In this document: positions 38,186 through 48,293 of the stretch, piece after piece
Layout of the letters: every line of letters begins with the position of its first letter
Numbering within the stretch: the first letter of the stretch is position 1
Source of the DNA: a virus
Taxonomy: Duplodnaviria; Caudoviricetes
DNA: 64,000 bases
Virus record (IMG/VR): IMGVR_UViG_3300030330_005471
Direction: 5' to 3' (one strand)
The notes under the pieces: model-generated
Seen by the model: the letters and a program-made list of their open reading frames with translations, nothing else
Told to the model about the DNA's origin: nothing
Databases searched by the model: none
Translations under genes and position numbers: made by a program

Positions 38186-38385
38186 AGGGATCGTTAGTGA
38201 GAAAGGGATCGTTAGTCATGTGGAATGTAAAAGGCTCACTCGATTATGGCGAACTAGGTGTGGTTACATCAGTAAAAGAACTTACATTAAACGAAGAATT
38301 TGATGTTGTGTGGGCAGATGGTACTGTGACAGAGTACGATCATAGTCAAATACAACATCAAAATATAAAAGTGGTCAAATTTTGA
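38173..38385 (+). CDS. Array minigene with duplicated KGSLV
   Basis: Family motif; stop inside promoter box. Confidence 0.7.
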   Translation: MQQIKGSLVRKGSLVMWNVKGSLDYGELGVVTSVKELTLNEEFDVVWADGTVTEYDHSQIQHQNIKVVKF

Positions 38386-38441
38386 CCTTTACAAATTTAC
38401 AACAACATATTATATTACATTTACAACAACAGGAGGACAAT

Positions 38442-38747
38442 ATGTTTACATCAATATCACAGATAAAAAAAGCAAACCGAGAGAATGGCTACCATTTTTT
38501 CAGCAAAGACACGATGGGCTTTTTCAAGTCCAAGACCCACAGGGGTGTGTACGGAGGTCGTTATTTCATAACCTCTGAGCAGTTTGTGTCTACTAGTGGG
38601 GAGGTATACCCCCGAATGTATACAATACGCAAGGCTCACTCTGATGGGGCTATCGACACTGTGGATACCTTTCAAAAATTTAAACACTTAGATCAGGCTA
38701 GAGACTATATCAAGTTCGAGATCTTGGGAGAAGAACAATGGGATTAG
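38442..38747 (+). CDS. Conserved phage hypothetical protein (ANRENGYHFFSKDTMGFF...YFITSEQ)
   Basis: AGGAGG RBS after boxed promoter; not an array-family member. Confidence 0.75.
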   Translation: MFTSISQIKKANRENGYHFFSKDTMGFFKSKTHRGVYGGRYFITSEQFVSTSGEVYPRMYTIRKAHSDGAIDTVDTFQKFKHLDQARDYIKFEILGEEQWD

Positions 38748-38884
38748 GGTCACTAGTAAAACATGAAGGTCTTTTACAAGAGATTGGCATTATCACAAAG
38801 ATCTGTGATGAATTGGCAACAGTTTTCTTCCCCGAAATGAATACGAAGGTACTGGTGTACCTTGATGACTTGGAGGCATTATGA
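38738..38884 (+). CDS. Array minigene MGLGSLV...DDLEAL (48 aa)
   Basis: Manual translation. Confidence 0.65.
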   Translation: MGLGSLVKHEGLLQEIGIITKICDELATVFFPEMNTKVLVYLDDLEAL

Positions 38885-39084
38885 CAAAATTAAATATTAG
38901 GATAGGTTCTCTGTTACAATGGCAAGGAATAACGCAGTGTCGTGGAGAACTGGGAATAGTTATTGGGTTACTAAATGGCAATGGGTATGATGGCTTTGTT
39001 GTACATTGGAGTGTCGATGGTGAAATTGTGGACTATGTAAACGATGAAGCCATAAGTAACCTCATGGAGGTACTATGCAGGTAG
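38881..39084 (+). CDS. Array minigene IRIGSLL...MEVLCR
   Basis: Family motifs. Confidence 0.7.
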   Translation: MTKLNIRIGSLLQWQGITQCRGELGIVIGLLNGNGYDGFVVHWSVDGEIVDYVNDEAISNLMEVLCR

Positions 39085-39248
39085 GTAGTTTAATAAAATG
39101 GACAGAGGCAGATGGACATATCTATTACGGGATTGTCACCAAGGTCGAAGGACAGAAAACTTTCATCCTGTGGGCTGATGGACTTGAAATTGACTACTGT
39201 TTGACAAGCGATATAATGGACAGCCAAATGGAGGTAGTATGCGAGTAG
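39075..39248 (+). CDS. Array minigene MQVGSLI...MEVVCE (57 aa)
   Basis: Manual translation. Confidence 0.7.
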   Translation: MQVGSLIKWTEADGHIYYGIVTKVEGQKTFILWADGLEIDYCLTSDIMDSQMEVVCE

Positions 39249-39439
39249 GCGATCTGATAGAATATACTGAAAATGACGAAACATTCATCGGTCTTGTGGT
39301 CAAGGTCGGTCTTGCCTCAAATATGGGAAAAACAGCTATCAAGATCCAATGGTGTTTTCATGGTGAAGATAAAGATTTCTTCGATGAAACATCGTGGCTA
39401 TGCACAGACGAGGTATGTTTGATCTCAAAACGGACATAA
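39239..39439 (+). CDS. Array minigene MRVGDLI...KRT
   Basis: Family motif; stop inside promoter box. Confidence 0.7.
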   Translation: MRVGDLIEYTENDETFIGLVVKVGLASNMGKTAIKIQWCFHGEDKDFFDETSWLCTDEVCLISKRT

Positions 39440-39480
39440 TTTGTCCTTTACAATAATTCTCATTAGGTTATAATGTTTAT

Positions 39481-39645
39481 ATGAAGATAAAAGTTGGAAA
39501 GATAGTTAAATACAGAGACAATATGCCTCCGAATCTTTGGATAGTACTGACGAAACTCTATGGTGGTCTATGGGAGGTAGCCGAGGTACAGTGTCTCACT
39601 AACAGGAAAATTGCACACACAAAAGACATAAAGGTGGTAAAATGA
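39481..39645 (+). CDS. Array minigene MKIKVGKIV (54 aa), probably leaderless
   Basis: ATG 6 nt after TATAAT. Confidence 0.6.
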   Translation: MKIKVGKIVKYRDNMPPNLWIVLTKLYGGLWEVAEVQCLTNRKIAHTKDIKVVK

Positions 39646-39803
39646 AAACAGGTACATTGGTAAAAGTCTATCACAAAGGTGTTGGTGTTATAGTGGATAG
39701 AGGTATCCACCATAATGGCGATTGGAAATATTTAATATTATTTATCAGCGATGGATATAGAGCATGGTGGACAGAAAACCATTTGGAGGTAATATGCGAA
39801 TAG
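39642..39803 (+). CDS. Array minigene MKTGTLV...LEVICE (53 aa)
   Basis: Manual translation. Confidence 0.7.
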   Translation: MKTGTLVKVYHKGVGVIVDRGIHHNGDWKYLILFISDGYRAWWTENHLEVICE

Positions 39804-39949
39804 GAACATTGGTAACAACAGGTGGTTGGCTAGGAATTGTCGTGGCAATATATGATGATGATATTACATCTATTATGTATGAGATTCACTTTGAGGATGG
39901 AGACAGAGATGTTTTCTATATAGATGACTTGGAGGTATTATGCGAGTAG
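39794..39949 (+). CDS. Array minigene MRIGTLV...LEVLCE
   Basis: Family motifs. Confidence 0.75.
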   Translation: MRIGTLVTTGGWLGIVVAIYDDDITSIMYEIHFEDGDRDVFYIDDLEVLCE

Positions 39950-40125
39950 GGACATTGGTTAAAAGTAAGTGGGCAACGAATATCATAGGTATTCTTTTGG
40001 AAAAACTCACCCTCGGTGATGATGTAGAGTGGGAAGAAGAGTGTTGGAAAGTCTATTGGATTGGCAATGGAGCAATCTTCGACCAAACTCATGAAGAAGA
40101 AGAGGACTTGGAGGTACTATGTTAG
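39940..40125 (+). CDS. Array minigene MRVGTLV...LEVLC
   Basis: Family motifs; close paralogue of 35891. Confidence 0.75.
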   Translation: MRVGTLVKSKWATNIIGILLEKLTLGDDVEWEEECWKVYWIGNGAIFDQTHEEEEDLEVLC

Positions 40126-40276
40126 AACACTTGTTAAACTGTCATGGTGAATGGACTTATCTTTTATCCTTGATAGACTTGTTCCCCACACTACGGTATT
40201 ATCTAAACGGACAAATTCTGTCCTTTACAAAAACACACAACGAGTTAGATTGTAAATATGAAACAACGGAGGAAAT

Positions 40277-41672
40277 ATGAGACTACTAAATTGGACTGAG
40301 GCTTTTATGGAAGGCATGGACTTTATAAAAAAGGTATGGATTGGTATGTACCGAGAGGAAAACGAGTGGAGGGGTACACTGGAAGAATTCTATCCTTCTC
40401 TTGCGATAGCAAACTTTAGTCAACAAAAACTAGAGGACTACCTAAAGGAGGCGATAGAGGGTAGGGCTTGGCTACCAAAGGGTATGCGAGTGTGCTATGA
40501 CGAGAATGAACAAATACTTATAACTGTAACCAAAGAGGTGTAACATGGCTTATGTACAGAATTGGAATCCCGATAACAAGTTATCTGAGAAGGAGGCAAT
40601 AGCCTTCCTCACTAGGGTAGTACCCGATATAACAGACAATGCTTTCCATATACGGAAAGAGTCTGACGATGGTGGCTCTGTCATTTCAGTATACATAGAG
40701 ATGAATGAAGATGGATCTAGAGGCTATCACAACAAACCAGTAAAATATGATGAACTAAAAGGGTGGCGAGTCGTATGGCTCACCTGTCCTCCACAATATA
40801 CGAACAAATGGAGAAAAAGATGATGAATCCAATGGAAATACTTAGATACGAACCGAAAAAGGGCGATGTTATCATCTATAATGATGGCTCATACACAGAG
40901 GTTTTACAAGACTTACAACAAGGTAGCCCATTTATCAAGGGCAAGTTTCACGCACTTGGTGTCGAGCCAAGCGAGATCAACATACACACTCCTCTTATAC
41001 GAACCCAAATGATACAAGGCAAATGCCACCTGTGTCGCAAGGAGGTTGAAGATGTACAAGATAATTCAGATACAACCTCAGAGTAACATGATCGTGGCTC
41101 ATATCAAACTCAATGACAAGTACTACTGTGTAGGGGATGATGGGTACTCCGTTATGATCTTCAAAGGTGACGAGGGTGGCAACATTGTTTCGTGGATAGA
41201 ACTAGCAAAATTTGACAATAAAATGCTGAAAGATGTTGTGCGAAACAAGTCATCCTTTCGGACTTGTTTGCGAATCGGACAAAAAATGTCCTAGACAAAT
41301 TATCCATAACGCATTATATTACTAACATCATTCAACAACGAGGTTAATATGAAATGGAAACGAAACAAGGGAACATTCAGAGTCTATGGTGGTCATGGTT
41401 GGACAAACTATGAGGGTTCACACTATGTTTGTTATCCTTTTATGATCAATCGATCTCTCAACAATGAAAGCAGATGGGCTTTGACCCATATCGCTTGTGG
41501 CAGAGAGGTCGGAAACTTTAGAACACTGGCTGTTGCTAAAGAGTGTGCTTTAGCATTGCAACACTATAAACATTGGTTCTTACCCACAGAAGAACTTGTA
41601 TTAAAGTCTATGGTTGATAGTGGAGAGAAACAAGAGATCATGAATGTTGTCCAAGACCACAGAGTAAAATAA
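40277..41672 (+). other. Cluster of five small hypothetical genes (40277-40543, 40545-40823, 40820-41086, 41052-41294, 41349-41672)
   Basis: RBS-preceded, tightly packed ORFs behind boxed promoters. Confidence 0.7.
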
Positions 41673-41748
41673 AAACGGACATTTTTTGTCCTTTACATAT
41701 TTTGAGAATAAGATATATTATATTTACACAACAACATAGGAGACTATT

Positions 41749-42090
41749 ATGAAGATAAAAGTATGCAGACACTGTGAGGACGAATTCGATTGTCGCTCCA
41801 CTCGAAAGGCTACCGTAGGGGGGTACATAGATGAATGTCCCGACTGTGTGGAAGAACTGGGAACAGAAACCCATGTCAAATACCAAGGAGTCATATCGGG
41901 AGAGGGTAAACAAGCCTGTATTCAGATATTGTCCTTCGAATCCAAAGCAGACGCTGAGGAATACAAGCGAAGATGGGAACGCAATAGTGGTTGGAACAAC
42001 CGAAGATCGGGTGGTCTAAACGATAGTTCTATCAAGTTCAAGAAGGTCGGTGAGACACGAGGGAACGCAAACCATAAAGGCAAAGGCTAA
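41749..42090 (+). CDS. C4 zinc-finger hypothetical protein
   Basis: CRHC...CPDC. Confidence 0.65.
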   Translation: MKIKVCRHCEDEFDCRSTRKATVGGYIDECPDCVEELGTETHVKYQGVISGEGKQACIQILSFESKADAEEYKRRWERNSGWNNRRSGGLNDSSIKFKKVGETRGNANHKGKG

Positions 42091-42101
42091 CAGGAGACAC
42101 T

Positions 42102-42299
42102 ATGCAAATAAAAGTAGGAGACTTGGTTTATAGAAAGCAACATTCGTATTTAAACATAAGGCACAATGACGAAATATGGCTTGTGATCGGCAAGGCTCAG
42201 AGGTGTGGCTTGGGCGAATTCCACCCTTGGATACAGATAGAGAATATTCACAACGGTAATAGGATTTCTTGTAAAGAACCTATGCTGATGAAAATATAA
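42102..42299 (+). CDS. SH3/KOW-like family minigene MQIKVGDLV
   Basis: Family motif; AGGAG RBS. Confidence 0.7.
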   Translation: MQIKVGDLVYRKQHSYLNIRHNDEIWLVIGKAQRCGLGEFHPWIQIENIHNGNRISCKEPMLMKI

Positions 42300-42375
42300 A
42301 ACGGACATTTTTTGTCCTTTACAAACTTACAACAACATATTATAATACTTATACATTCAACAACGGAGGTCAATT

Positions 42376-43179
42376 ATGGCTATTAACAACAGAACAGATA
42401 ACAACTATCGTTCTTCATCAAGGTGTACATTCTGTCAAGGTAATCATACCATCACAGGTTGCACAAAAGTATATGAAGAGGCTGAACAGGCAAAGAAATT
42501 ATCATTCTCTCAGAGAACATTTAAGCAACACTATGCTATGCAATACATAGAACTCAAAGAATCTCGCTCCAAGAAGAGAAAAACTGGCACTAAAAAGTGT
42601 GGGTACTGTGGTGGTGCAGACCATACTCGCAGAAATTGCAGTGTTATGGAGGCAGATAGAGAATTTCTCTTGAGAGCCAACCAACTATGGAGAAGAATGT
42701 ATGCCCATCTATCGGTAGAGTATGGCTTTGCTCCAGCTAGTCTTATCAAGTACCGAGAGAGAGATAGGTACAACTACAACACACAAAAGTACGAAACCAA
42801 TGAGAATCTGTACCTTATTGGCTCTGAATTGCCGACCAATCTATCTGTCTTTGCCTTATCGGGAGATCACTCTCTGAGGCAAGAGATCAAAATTCCAGCT
42901 GTAGGTCGTGATAGACCAATGAGTGTGAGAGATTTCGTACATGGAAAGCCATGTCGCAAAGCCCTAACAGGGCATGGTTATTGGTGGGGTGACGATGATA
43001 GTATCGAGATCGTAACCAGATCCACCTATCAGTATCCCGAAGAATGGTTCGAGGGTGAGTGTGATGACATAGATTATGTTCTTAAAAAGTGGAACAGAGA
43101 AAGGATTGAAAGAGATATTCTGTCTCCAATCCGTTCAGAACTCATTCCATTTGCACAAACAACAGGCTTTGATATATAA
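42376..43179 (+). CDS. Protein with two CCHC zinc knuckles
   Basis: CTFCQGNHTITGC and CGYCGGADHTRRNC. Confidence 0.75.
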   Translation: MAINNRTDNNYRSSSRCTFCQGNHTITGCTKVYEEAEQAKKLSFSQRTFKQHYAMQYIELKESRSKKRKTGTKKCGYCGGADHTRRNCSVMEADREFLLRANQLWRRMYAHLSVEYGFAPASLIKYRERDRYNYNTQKYETNENLYLIGSELPTNLSVFALSGDHSLRQEIKIPAVGRDRPMSVRDFVHGKPCRKALTGHGYWWGDDDSIEIVTRSTYQYPEEWFEGECDDIDYVLKKWNRERIERDILSPIRSELIPFAQTTGFDI

Positions 43180-43247
43180 CGGACATAATTTGTCCTTTAC
43201 AAACTTACAACAACATATTATATTATAAACATAAACAAGGAGTCGCT

Positions 43248-43649
43248 ATGACAAACTTAACTAGAGCAAAGAACTACTCAGAATTCTGTGAAAACTGGAG
43301 AGATGGTGTATCATGTTATTACACTGGATGGAAAGCTCTCACATGTGATGGTACAAGTATCATGTTAAATTGTGGTAGTGGGAGAGATCCCATAATAATA
43401 GCAGAGAAAGTGGGTGAATACCTTGTGGTTTACAACCACAGACCAAAAGACTATGCGTCCGATCTCATGAAATATTGGACTTGGACTACGAGAAGGTGTC
43501 CAAATTTGGTGTATGCTACTCTTGGTAAACCAAAAGATGTCACACATGATAGTTGGTTATCCAATCAGTTTTATGATGGGCTATTGTCTGTGGCTACCCA
43601 CCTACTACACCCCGATCAGTCCATAGAAGAATTGATGGATGGGTCATGA
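43248..43649 (+). CDS. Hypothetical protein, paralogue of 43836
   Basis: MTNLT, VYNH, KDYAS, LVYATLG. Confidence 0.7.
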   Translation: MTNLTRAKNYSEFCENWRDGVSCYYTGWKALTCDGTSIMLNCGSGRDPIIIAEKVGEYLVVYNHRPKDYASDLMKYWTWTTRRCPNLVYATLGKPKDVTHDSWLSNQFYDGLLSVATHLLHPDQSIEELMDGS

Positions 43650-43843
43650 TTGGGGTCGGTGACTTGGTAACTTGGAGGATCAAAGAGTCCCTAGAGTGGG
43701 CAGACCCCCCACTCGCTGTGGTCACAGATTCTATCGAGGTTCCCGATGGAAAATGGTTTAGAGTAACATTTTTAACAGGCTACAGAGCCTCTCAGACATT
43801 CGAACTAAAAGAAAAACAGATAAGGAGAATAGACAATGACTAA
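43646..43843 (+). CDS. SH3/KOW-like family minigene MIGVGDLV
   Basis: Family motif. Confidence 0.7.
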   Translation: MIGVGDLVTWRIKESLEWADPPLAVVTDSIEVPDGKWFRVTFLTGYRASQTFELKEKQIRRIDND

Positions 43844-44249
43844 TTTAACACACTTTCAAGAGGTACTATTAGGTAACACAGTTCACATAGGAAGAACCGA
43901 CATAGCAAGGCTAGGGAATACATTATATCGTAGATGTATTTACGACTATGACAAGAAGAACAATAGAATACGAGGTTGGTTGCCCATACTCAAACTAGAA
44001 GAAGGGCAATGGGTAGGTTATAACTATTCGGGCAAGGACTTTGCCTCGTATCTTCTGAACAACCAGTGGCAACGATCTCACTATTGGTCAGAATTAAAGT
44101 ATGTACAAATTGGTCGTGGTATCGGCTGTAAGGGTACAAAGAGATTATGGTCTTGGCAATGCTCGTTTAAACGGTTCATGACCAAGATGATCAACCCAAC
44201 AATGGATATGCTGTTGCCCGAAGATACTGTCTTTGACCTAGTAGGATAA
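43836..44249 (+). CDS. Hypothetical protein, paralogue of 43248
   Basis: MTNLT, GYNY, KDFAS, LKYVQIG. Confidence 0.7.
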   Translation: MTNLTHFQEVLLGNTVHIGRTDIARLGNTLYRRCIYDYDKKNNRIRGWLPILKLEEGQWVGYNYSGKDFASYLLNNQWQRSHYWSELKYVQIGRGIGCKGTKRLWSWQCSFKRFMTKMINPTMDMLLPEDTVFDLVG

Positions 44250-44321
44250 AAACGGACATTTTTTGTCCTTTACAATATCTCATAACTTGTTACAATATAG
44301 ATATAAAAGGAGGACAGAACA

Positions 44322-44468
44322 ATGTCTAAAAAGAAGAAACAACAACCATCTAAACGCAATCCTATCCAACAAATGCATATAGAACAGAACCGTAAGGCAG
44401 GTGTGCATACGGATAAGAAGAAAGAGCGAAACAAGAAAGCATGTCGAGGGAGACAATATGACAGATAG
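44322..44468 (+). CDS. 48-aa highly basic peptide (KRNP...RKAGVHTDKKK)
   Basis: AGGAGG RBS after boxed promoter; manual translation. Confidence 0.65.
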   Translation: MSKKKKQQPSKRNPIQQMHIEQNRKAGVHTDKKKERNKKACRGRQYDR

Positions 44469-44657
44469 AGAATTTATAAAAAAACTACTAGAGATGATGG
44501 AGATCAACGCACTTGCCGATTGGATCACCAACGATCCTTGGGACGAGTTCGAGTCATTGAGGGTCATGATCGAAGAACATTTAAAACGGACATAATTTGT
44601 CCTTTACAATATTTCATAACTTGTTATAATATAGACATAACCAACAAGGAGTACATC

Positions 44658-45896
44658 ATGTCAGATGAAACAACAACAACTAAACAGGAAGAGATCCTAG
44701 ACTTTGATCTCGATCTTCACACTTATCGCTTGCTACAGGCAGAACCATTCTTCTCAGCCCTATCTCGTAGGATACACAAGTCCTCCACCACAGCTATACC
44801 CACAGCAGGTGTGAAGATGAACGAGGGGAGTGGTAACTTTGAGATGATCTACAACCCAAATTTCTTTGCCAAACTTTCGGACAAGGAAAAGCTCGGTGTC
44901 CTTATGCACGAGTTCTACCACATCATCTTTGAGCATGTCACAGGTCGGCTACCTCCCGAAGGTATGTCCAAGATGTGGAACATTGCCACAGACTTGGCGA
45001 TCAACTCTCACTTGATGGACTCACTCCCCGAACAAGGTCTTTTCCCAACAAGAGGTCGGTTTGAGGACTACCCTGTGGGTATGTCGGCTGAATGGTATTA
45101 CTCCAAGTTGCAACAGGATAAAGAGAATGGCGAAGGTGCTTTCGATCCTAAACATCAACAAGGCGAAGGTGGTGGCGAAGGTCAAGGTGGGGACAATATG
45201 CCCGACTCCCTAGACGATCACAGTGGTTGGTCTGATGTAGACCAAGACACACGACAAATGGCTCAAGAACGAATGAGACAAGCTGTTGAGGACGCTGTGA
45301 AAGAGGTACAATCTCGTGGTCAAGGTTGGGGTAATGTGTCTAGTGGTATGAGAGAACGAATCATTGATATGATCACACCAAAGGTTGACTGGCGAAAAGT
45401 TCTTAGATACTTTATCAAGACCTCCCAAAGACAGAACAAGAGGTCTACGGTACGGAGAGTCAACCCTCGCTATCCCTACATTCATGCAGGGAAGAAGGTC
45501 AACAGAACAGCAAAAATTGCGATCTCTATTGACCAATCGGGTTCCGTATCAGATGATATGCTCAGTGCCTTCTTCTCAGAACTCAATGGGCTTGCTCAGC
45601 AAGTCGAGTTCACTGTGATCCCTTTCGATACCCAAGTAGACGAGTCTAAAGTCTATGTATGGAAGAAAGGTCAGAGGAGACAAGTCGAACGAGTCCTTTG
45701 TGGTGGTACATGTTTCAATGCACCAACCAAGTTTGTGAATGACAATGGTGGCTTTGATGGTCATATTATACTCACAGATATGGAGGCTCCAAAGCCTGTG
45801 GCTAGTAAGTGTCAGAGAATATGGTTCACCACAGAACAGTGTGCCAAGAACCCATACTTTCAGACCAATGAAAAAGTTATCGGGATCAGTATGTAA
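44658..45896 (+). CDS. HExxH metallopeptidase-like (DUF2201-type) plus VWA domain protein
   Basis: PTAGV, LMHEFYH, WNIATDLAIN, LDDH..W, IDQSGSV, GGTCF, LTD. Confidence 0.88.
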   Translation: MSDETTTTKQEEILDFDLDLHTYRLLQAEPFFSALSRRIHKSSTTAIPTAGVKMNEGSGNFEMIYNPNFFAKLSDKEKLGVLMHEFYHIIFEHVTGRLPPEGMSKMWNIATDLAINSHLMDSLPEQGLFPTRGRFEDYPVGMSAEWYYSKLQQDKENGEGAFDPKHQQGEGGGEGQGGDNMPDSLDDHSGWSDVDQDTRQMAQERMRQAVEDAVKEVQSRGQGWGNVSSGMRERIIDMITPKVDWRKVLRYFIKTSQRQNKRSTVRRVNPRYPYIHAGKKVNRTAKIAISIDQSGSVSDDMLSAFFSELNGLAQQVEFTVIPFDTQVDESKVYVWKKGQRRQVERVLCGGTCFNAPTKFVNDNGGFDGHIILTDMEAPKPVASKCQRIWFTTEQCAKNPYFQTNEKVIGISM

Positions 45897-45907
45897 GATC
45901 CCGATAG
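45879..45907 (+). terminator. Stem-loop at end of VWA gene
   Basis: TATCGGGATC-N9-GATCCCGATA perfect inverted repeat. Confidence 0.55.
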
Positions 45908-46033
45908 AGTGACACCTCCTTATGAGGTGGGGTATGGGTGGGCAATAAGTTTTTTTAAAACGGACATAATCTGTCCTTTACAATAATTACTGAACAGGGT
46001 ATATTACTATTATACAGACTGAGGGATTCGATA

Positions 46034-47039
46034 ATGAAATTCAAAACAGTGGTTATCATTGAAACAGATGACGAGGGCTTTCTAACCCTTAAGGCTCTGT
46101 TACCCAATGATGGGATTGTTTGGACAAGAATTGTCGGGCAGAACAAGGTCGCAGTGAGACTTAAAGACGATATAGACATAGAATGGGTTGAGAAACAACT
46201 AAACTCATTACATAGAACACTAAACATCTGAGGTGCATGATGGCACAAGAATGGAAATACAGAGAACACAAGGGAAAGCAAGGAAGGTTCCGAATAGGCG
46301 ATCTCGTACAACTCTCAGCCTATGGTAAGAGTACTGATCAGAACACCAACCCACACTTTGATGGAAACGAACTTGGTCTTATCATTGAGATAGGAGGAAA
46401 CACTAGATTCGGTGGTGATATTCAAAAATACCCCATTGTAGTGCAGTGGATCAATGTCCCAAAGGGAACCAATGTTGCCAAGAGGTTCTTCTTCAGAGAG
46501 TTAAAACTAAAACGGACATAATTTGTCCTTTACAATATTCAACCAACATATTATATTATAAACATCTTCAACAACAAGGAGTCTATCATGGACACTAAAG
46601 ACAACAACAACATCACGATACAACTATCAGTATCAGATGAACTATTAAACAAGGTTCTCCGAGCCTTAGTAACACCACCCCCAAGCCCTATGGGTGGAGG
46701 TATGCCTATCCCTATGAGTTTGTTATCGGGTTTACTAGGTCAAGCCCCACCATCTGACGACGAAAAGTCTGAGGAAAAGCCAACCGTAGGTTTCAAAATT
46801 AAAGGAGCGAAATAATGACTATCATATCAACAAAGCAACTGAGCAATGGTTTAGGTCAAACTGTCATTACAACACTTGTGGTGCATAATGGAAACTACTT
46901 TGTAGTATCCGAGAATCCTAGAGAGACTCTGATATTCCCTAGCAACAGCAAAGGGGAACACAAGTTCCTTGAGGTAGGATCGGGTTTCGATACAGCAGAT
47001 TGCCTCAACCAAATCGAAAACGGACAAATTATGTCCTAG
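46034..47039 (+). other. Four small genes (46034-46231, 46237-46521 GDLV family, 46588-46815, 46815-47039) between the VWA and AAA genes
   Basis: Two boxed-promoter units. Confidence 0.7.
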
Positions 47040-47113
47040 ACTTTATTTTCAAACCTAGTTATATTATAAACATCATTCAAACGATAACTTAACAACAAAC
47101 AATGGAGACTATT

Positions 47114-48169
47114 ATGTCTATTGATTACAAAACCCTATTCACCATCCTTCCCCATGTCTTTGAGGCGAGATTCCCTGTCCTCTTACGAGGTCGGCATGGT
47201 ATCGGTAAGTCCACAGTAGTATACCAACAAGCCAAAGCAATGGGTTTGCCTGTGGTAGAAAGACGAGCCTCACAGATGACCGAAGGTGATCTACTTGGTC
47301 TACCCAAGATCGATGGTAATGTCACAGCTTGGCTTGCACCCGAATGGCTTGACAAGGCTTGCAAAGAACCAGTTATCTTGTTCCTTGACGAGGTTGATCG
47401 TGCTACCCTAGAGGTACGACAGGGTATCTTCGAATTGTGTGACTCTCGTAAGATCGCAGGTCACAAACTCCATCCCGACACACTTATCTTTGCTTGTGTC
47501 AATGGTGGTAAGCATGGTGCAGAGTATCAAGTCAACGAGTTCGATCCAGCCGAACTTGATCGCTACACTGTCTTTGATGTAGAGCCTACCGTAGAGGACT
47601 GGCTTGACTGGGCTAAAGGCAATGTCATTGACGAGATATGGGATTTCATCAACCACAATCACCAACATCTCGAACACAAGGATACCTTCGAGCCTAACAA
47701 GATCTATCCTTCAAGACGATCTTGGGAAAGACTCTCAGACGCATTGCAAAGTGTCGGTGAGGTAAAGCATAGTCCTACCCTATACCACCTTGCTCATTCT
47801 TTTATCGGCTTTGAGGGTGCTATGGCTCTGAATGACTATATCAAGAACTACTCTAAAGTTGTGACTCCCGAACAAATTCTTGACGAGGGTAAGGTAGACT
47901 TGACTGAAAAGTTCAAGATCAACGACCATAACAGTCTTATTGAAAAGTTCAAGGCTAAAGAGTGCTTTGATACGGAGTTATCTGACAGTCAGTTACAGAA
48001 TCTCGCTGAATACTTTGTGACACTCCCATCTGAGATCGCTATGACCTTGTGGCAAGCGATGGGATCGGGCAAGGAGGCAACCAAGAATGTCGCTAGGTTG
48101 CATGGTTTACAGACTAAAACTGGCTCTGTGCAAGACTTTATCGTCAGTATCCTAACAGCAGGTCAATAG
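47114..48169 (+). CDS. MoxR-like/AAA_5 ATPase
   Basis: GRHGIGKS, GDLLGLP, LFLDEVDRA, FDPAELDRY, PSRRSWE. Confidence 0.9.
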   Translation: MSIDYKTLFTILPHVFEARFPVLLRGRHGIGKSTVVYQQAKAMGLPVVERRASQMTEGDLLGLPKIDGNVTAWLAPEWLDKACKEPVILFLDEVDRATLEVRQGIFELCDSRKIAGHKLHPDTLIFACVNGGKHGAEYQVNEFDPAELDRYTVFDVEPTVEDWLDWAKGNVIDEIWDFINHNHQHLEHKDTFEPNKIYPSRRSWERLSDALQSVGEVKHSPTLYHLAHSFIGFEGAMALNDYIKNYSKVVTPEQILDEGKVDLTEKFKINDHNSLIEKFKAKECFDTELSDSQLQNLAEYFVTLPSEIAMTLWQAMGSGKEATKNVARLHGLQTKTGSVQDFIVSILTAGQ

Positions 48170-48179
48170 ACCTACTGAT

Positions 48180-48210
48180 CCTCCACCATGACAGTGTAGT
48201 CTGGTGGAGG
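48180..48210 (+). terminator. Stem-loop after AAA gene
   Basis: CCTCCACCA...TGGTGGAGG inverted repeat. Confidence 0.5.
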
Positions 48211-48293
48211 AACCTACTCGGACATTTTTTGTCCTTTACAAATTATTCTGAACCTATTATATTATAAACATCAACAACACAAGAGGTGATCAG

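Larger units (their letters stand above)
35127..40125 (+). other. Tandem array of about 24 paralogous 48-85 aa SH3/KOW-like minigenes
   Basis: Starts at 35127, 35411, 35712, 35891, 36070, 36222, 36386, 36627, 36806, 36991, 37155, 37304, 37507, 37752, 38003, 38173, 38738, 38881, 39075, 39239, 39481, 39642, 39794, 39940; shared G(D/S/T)LV start, central GIV/GLV, and (in most) LEVxC end. Confidence 0.88.

Noticed and set aside
35880-40125. CRISPR array
   Set aside because: Repeats are degenerate and protein-coding, spacers are 130-250 nt ORFs, and no cas genes are present.
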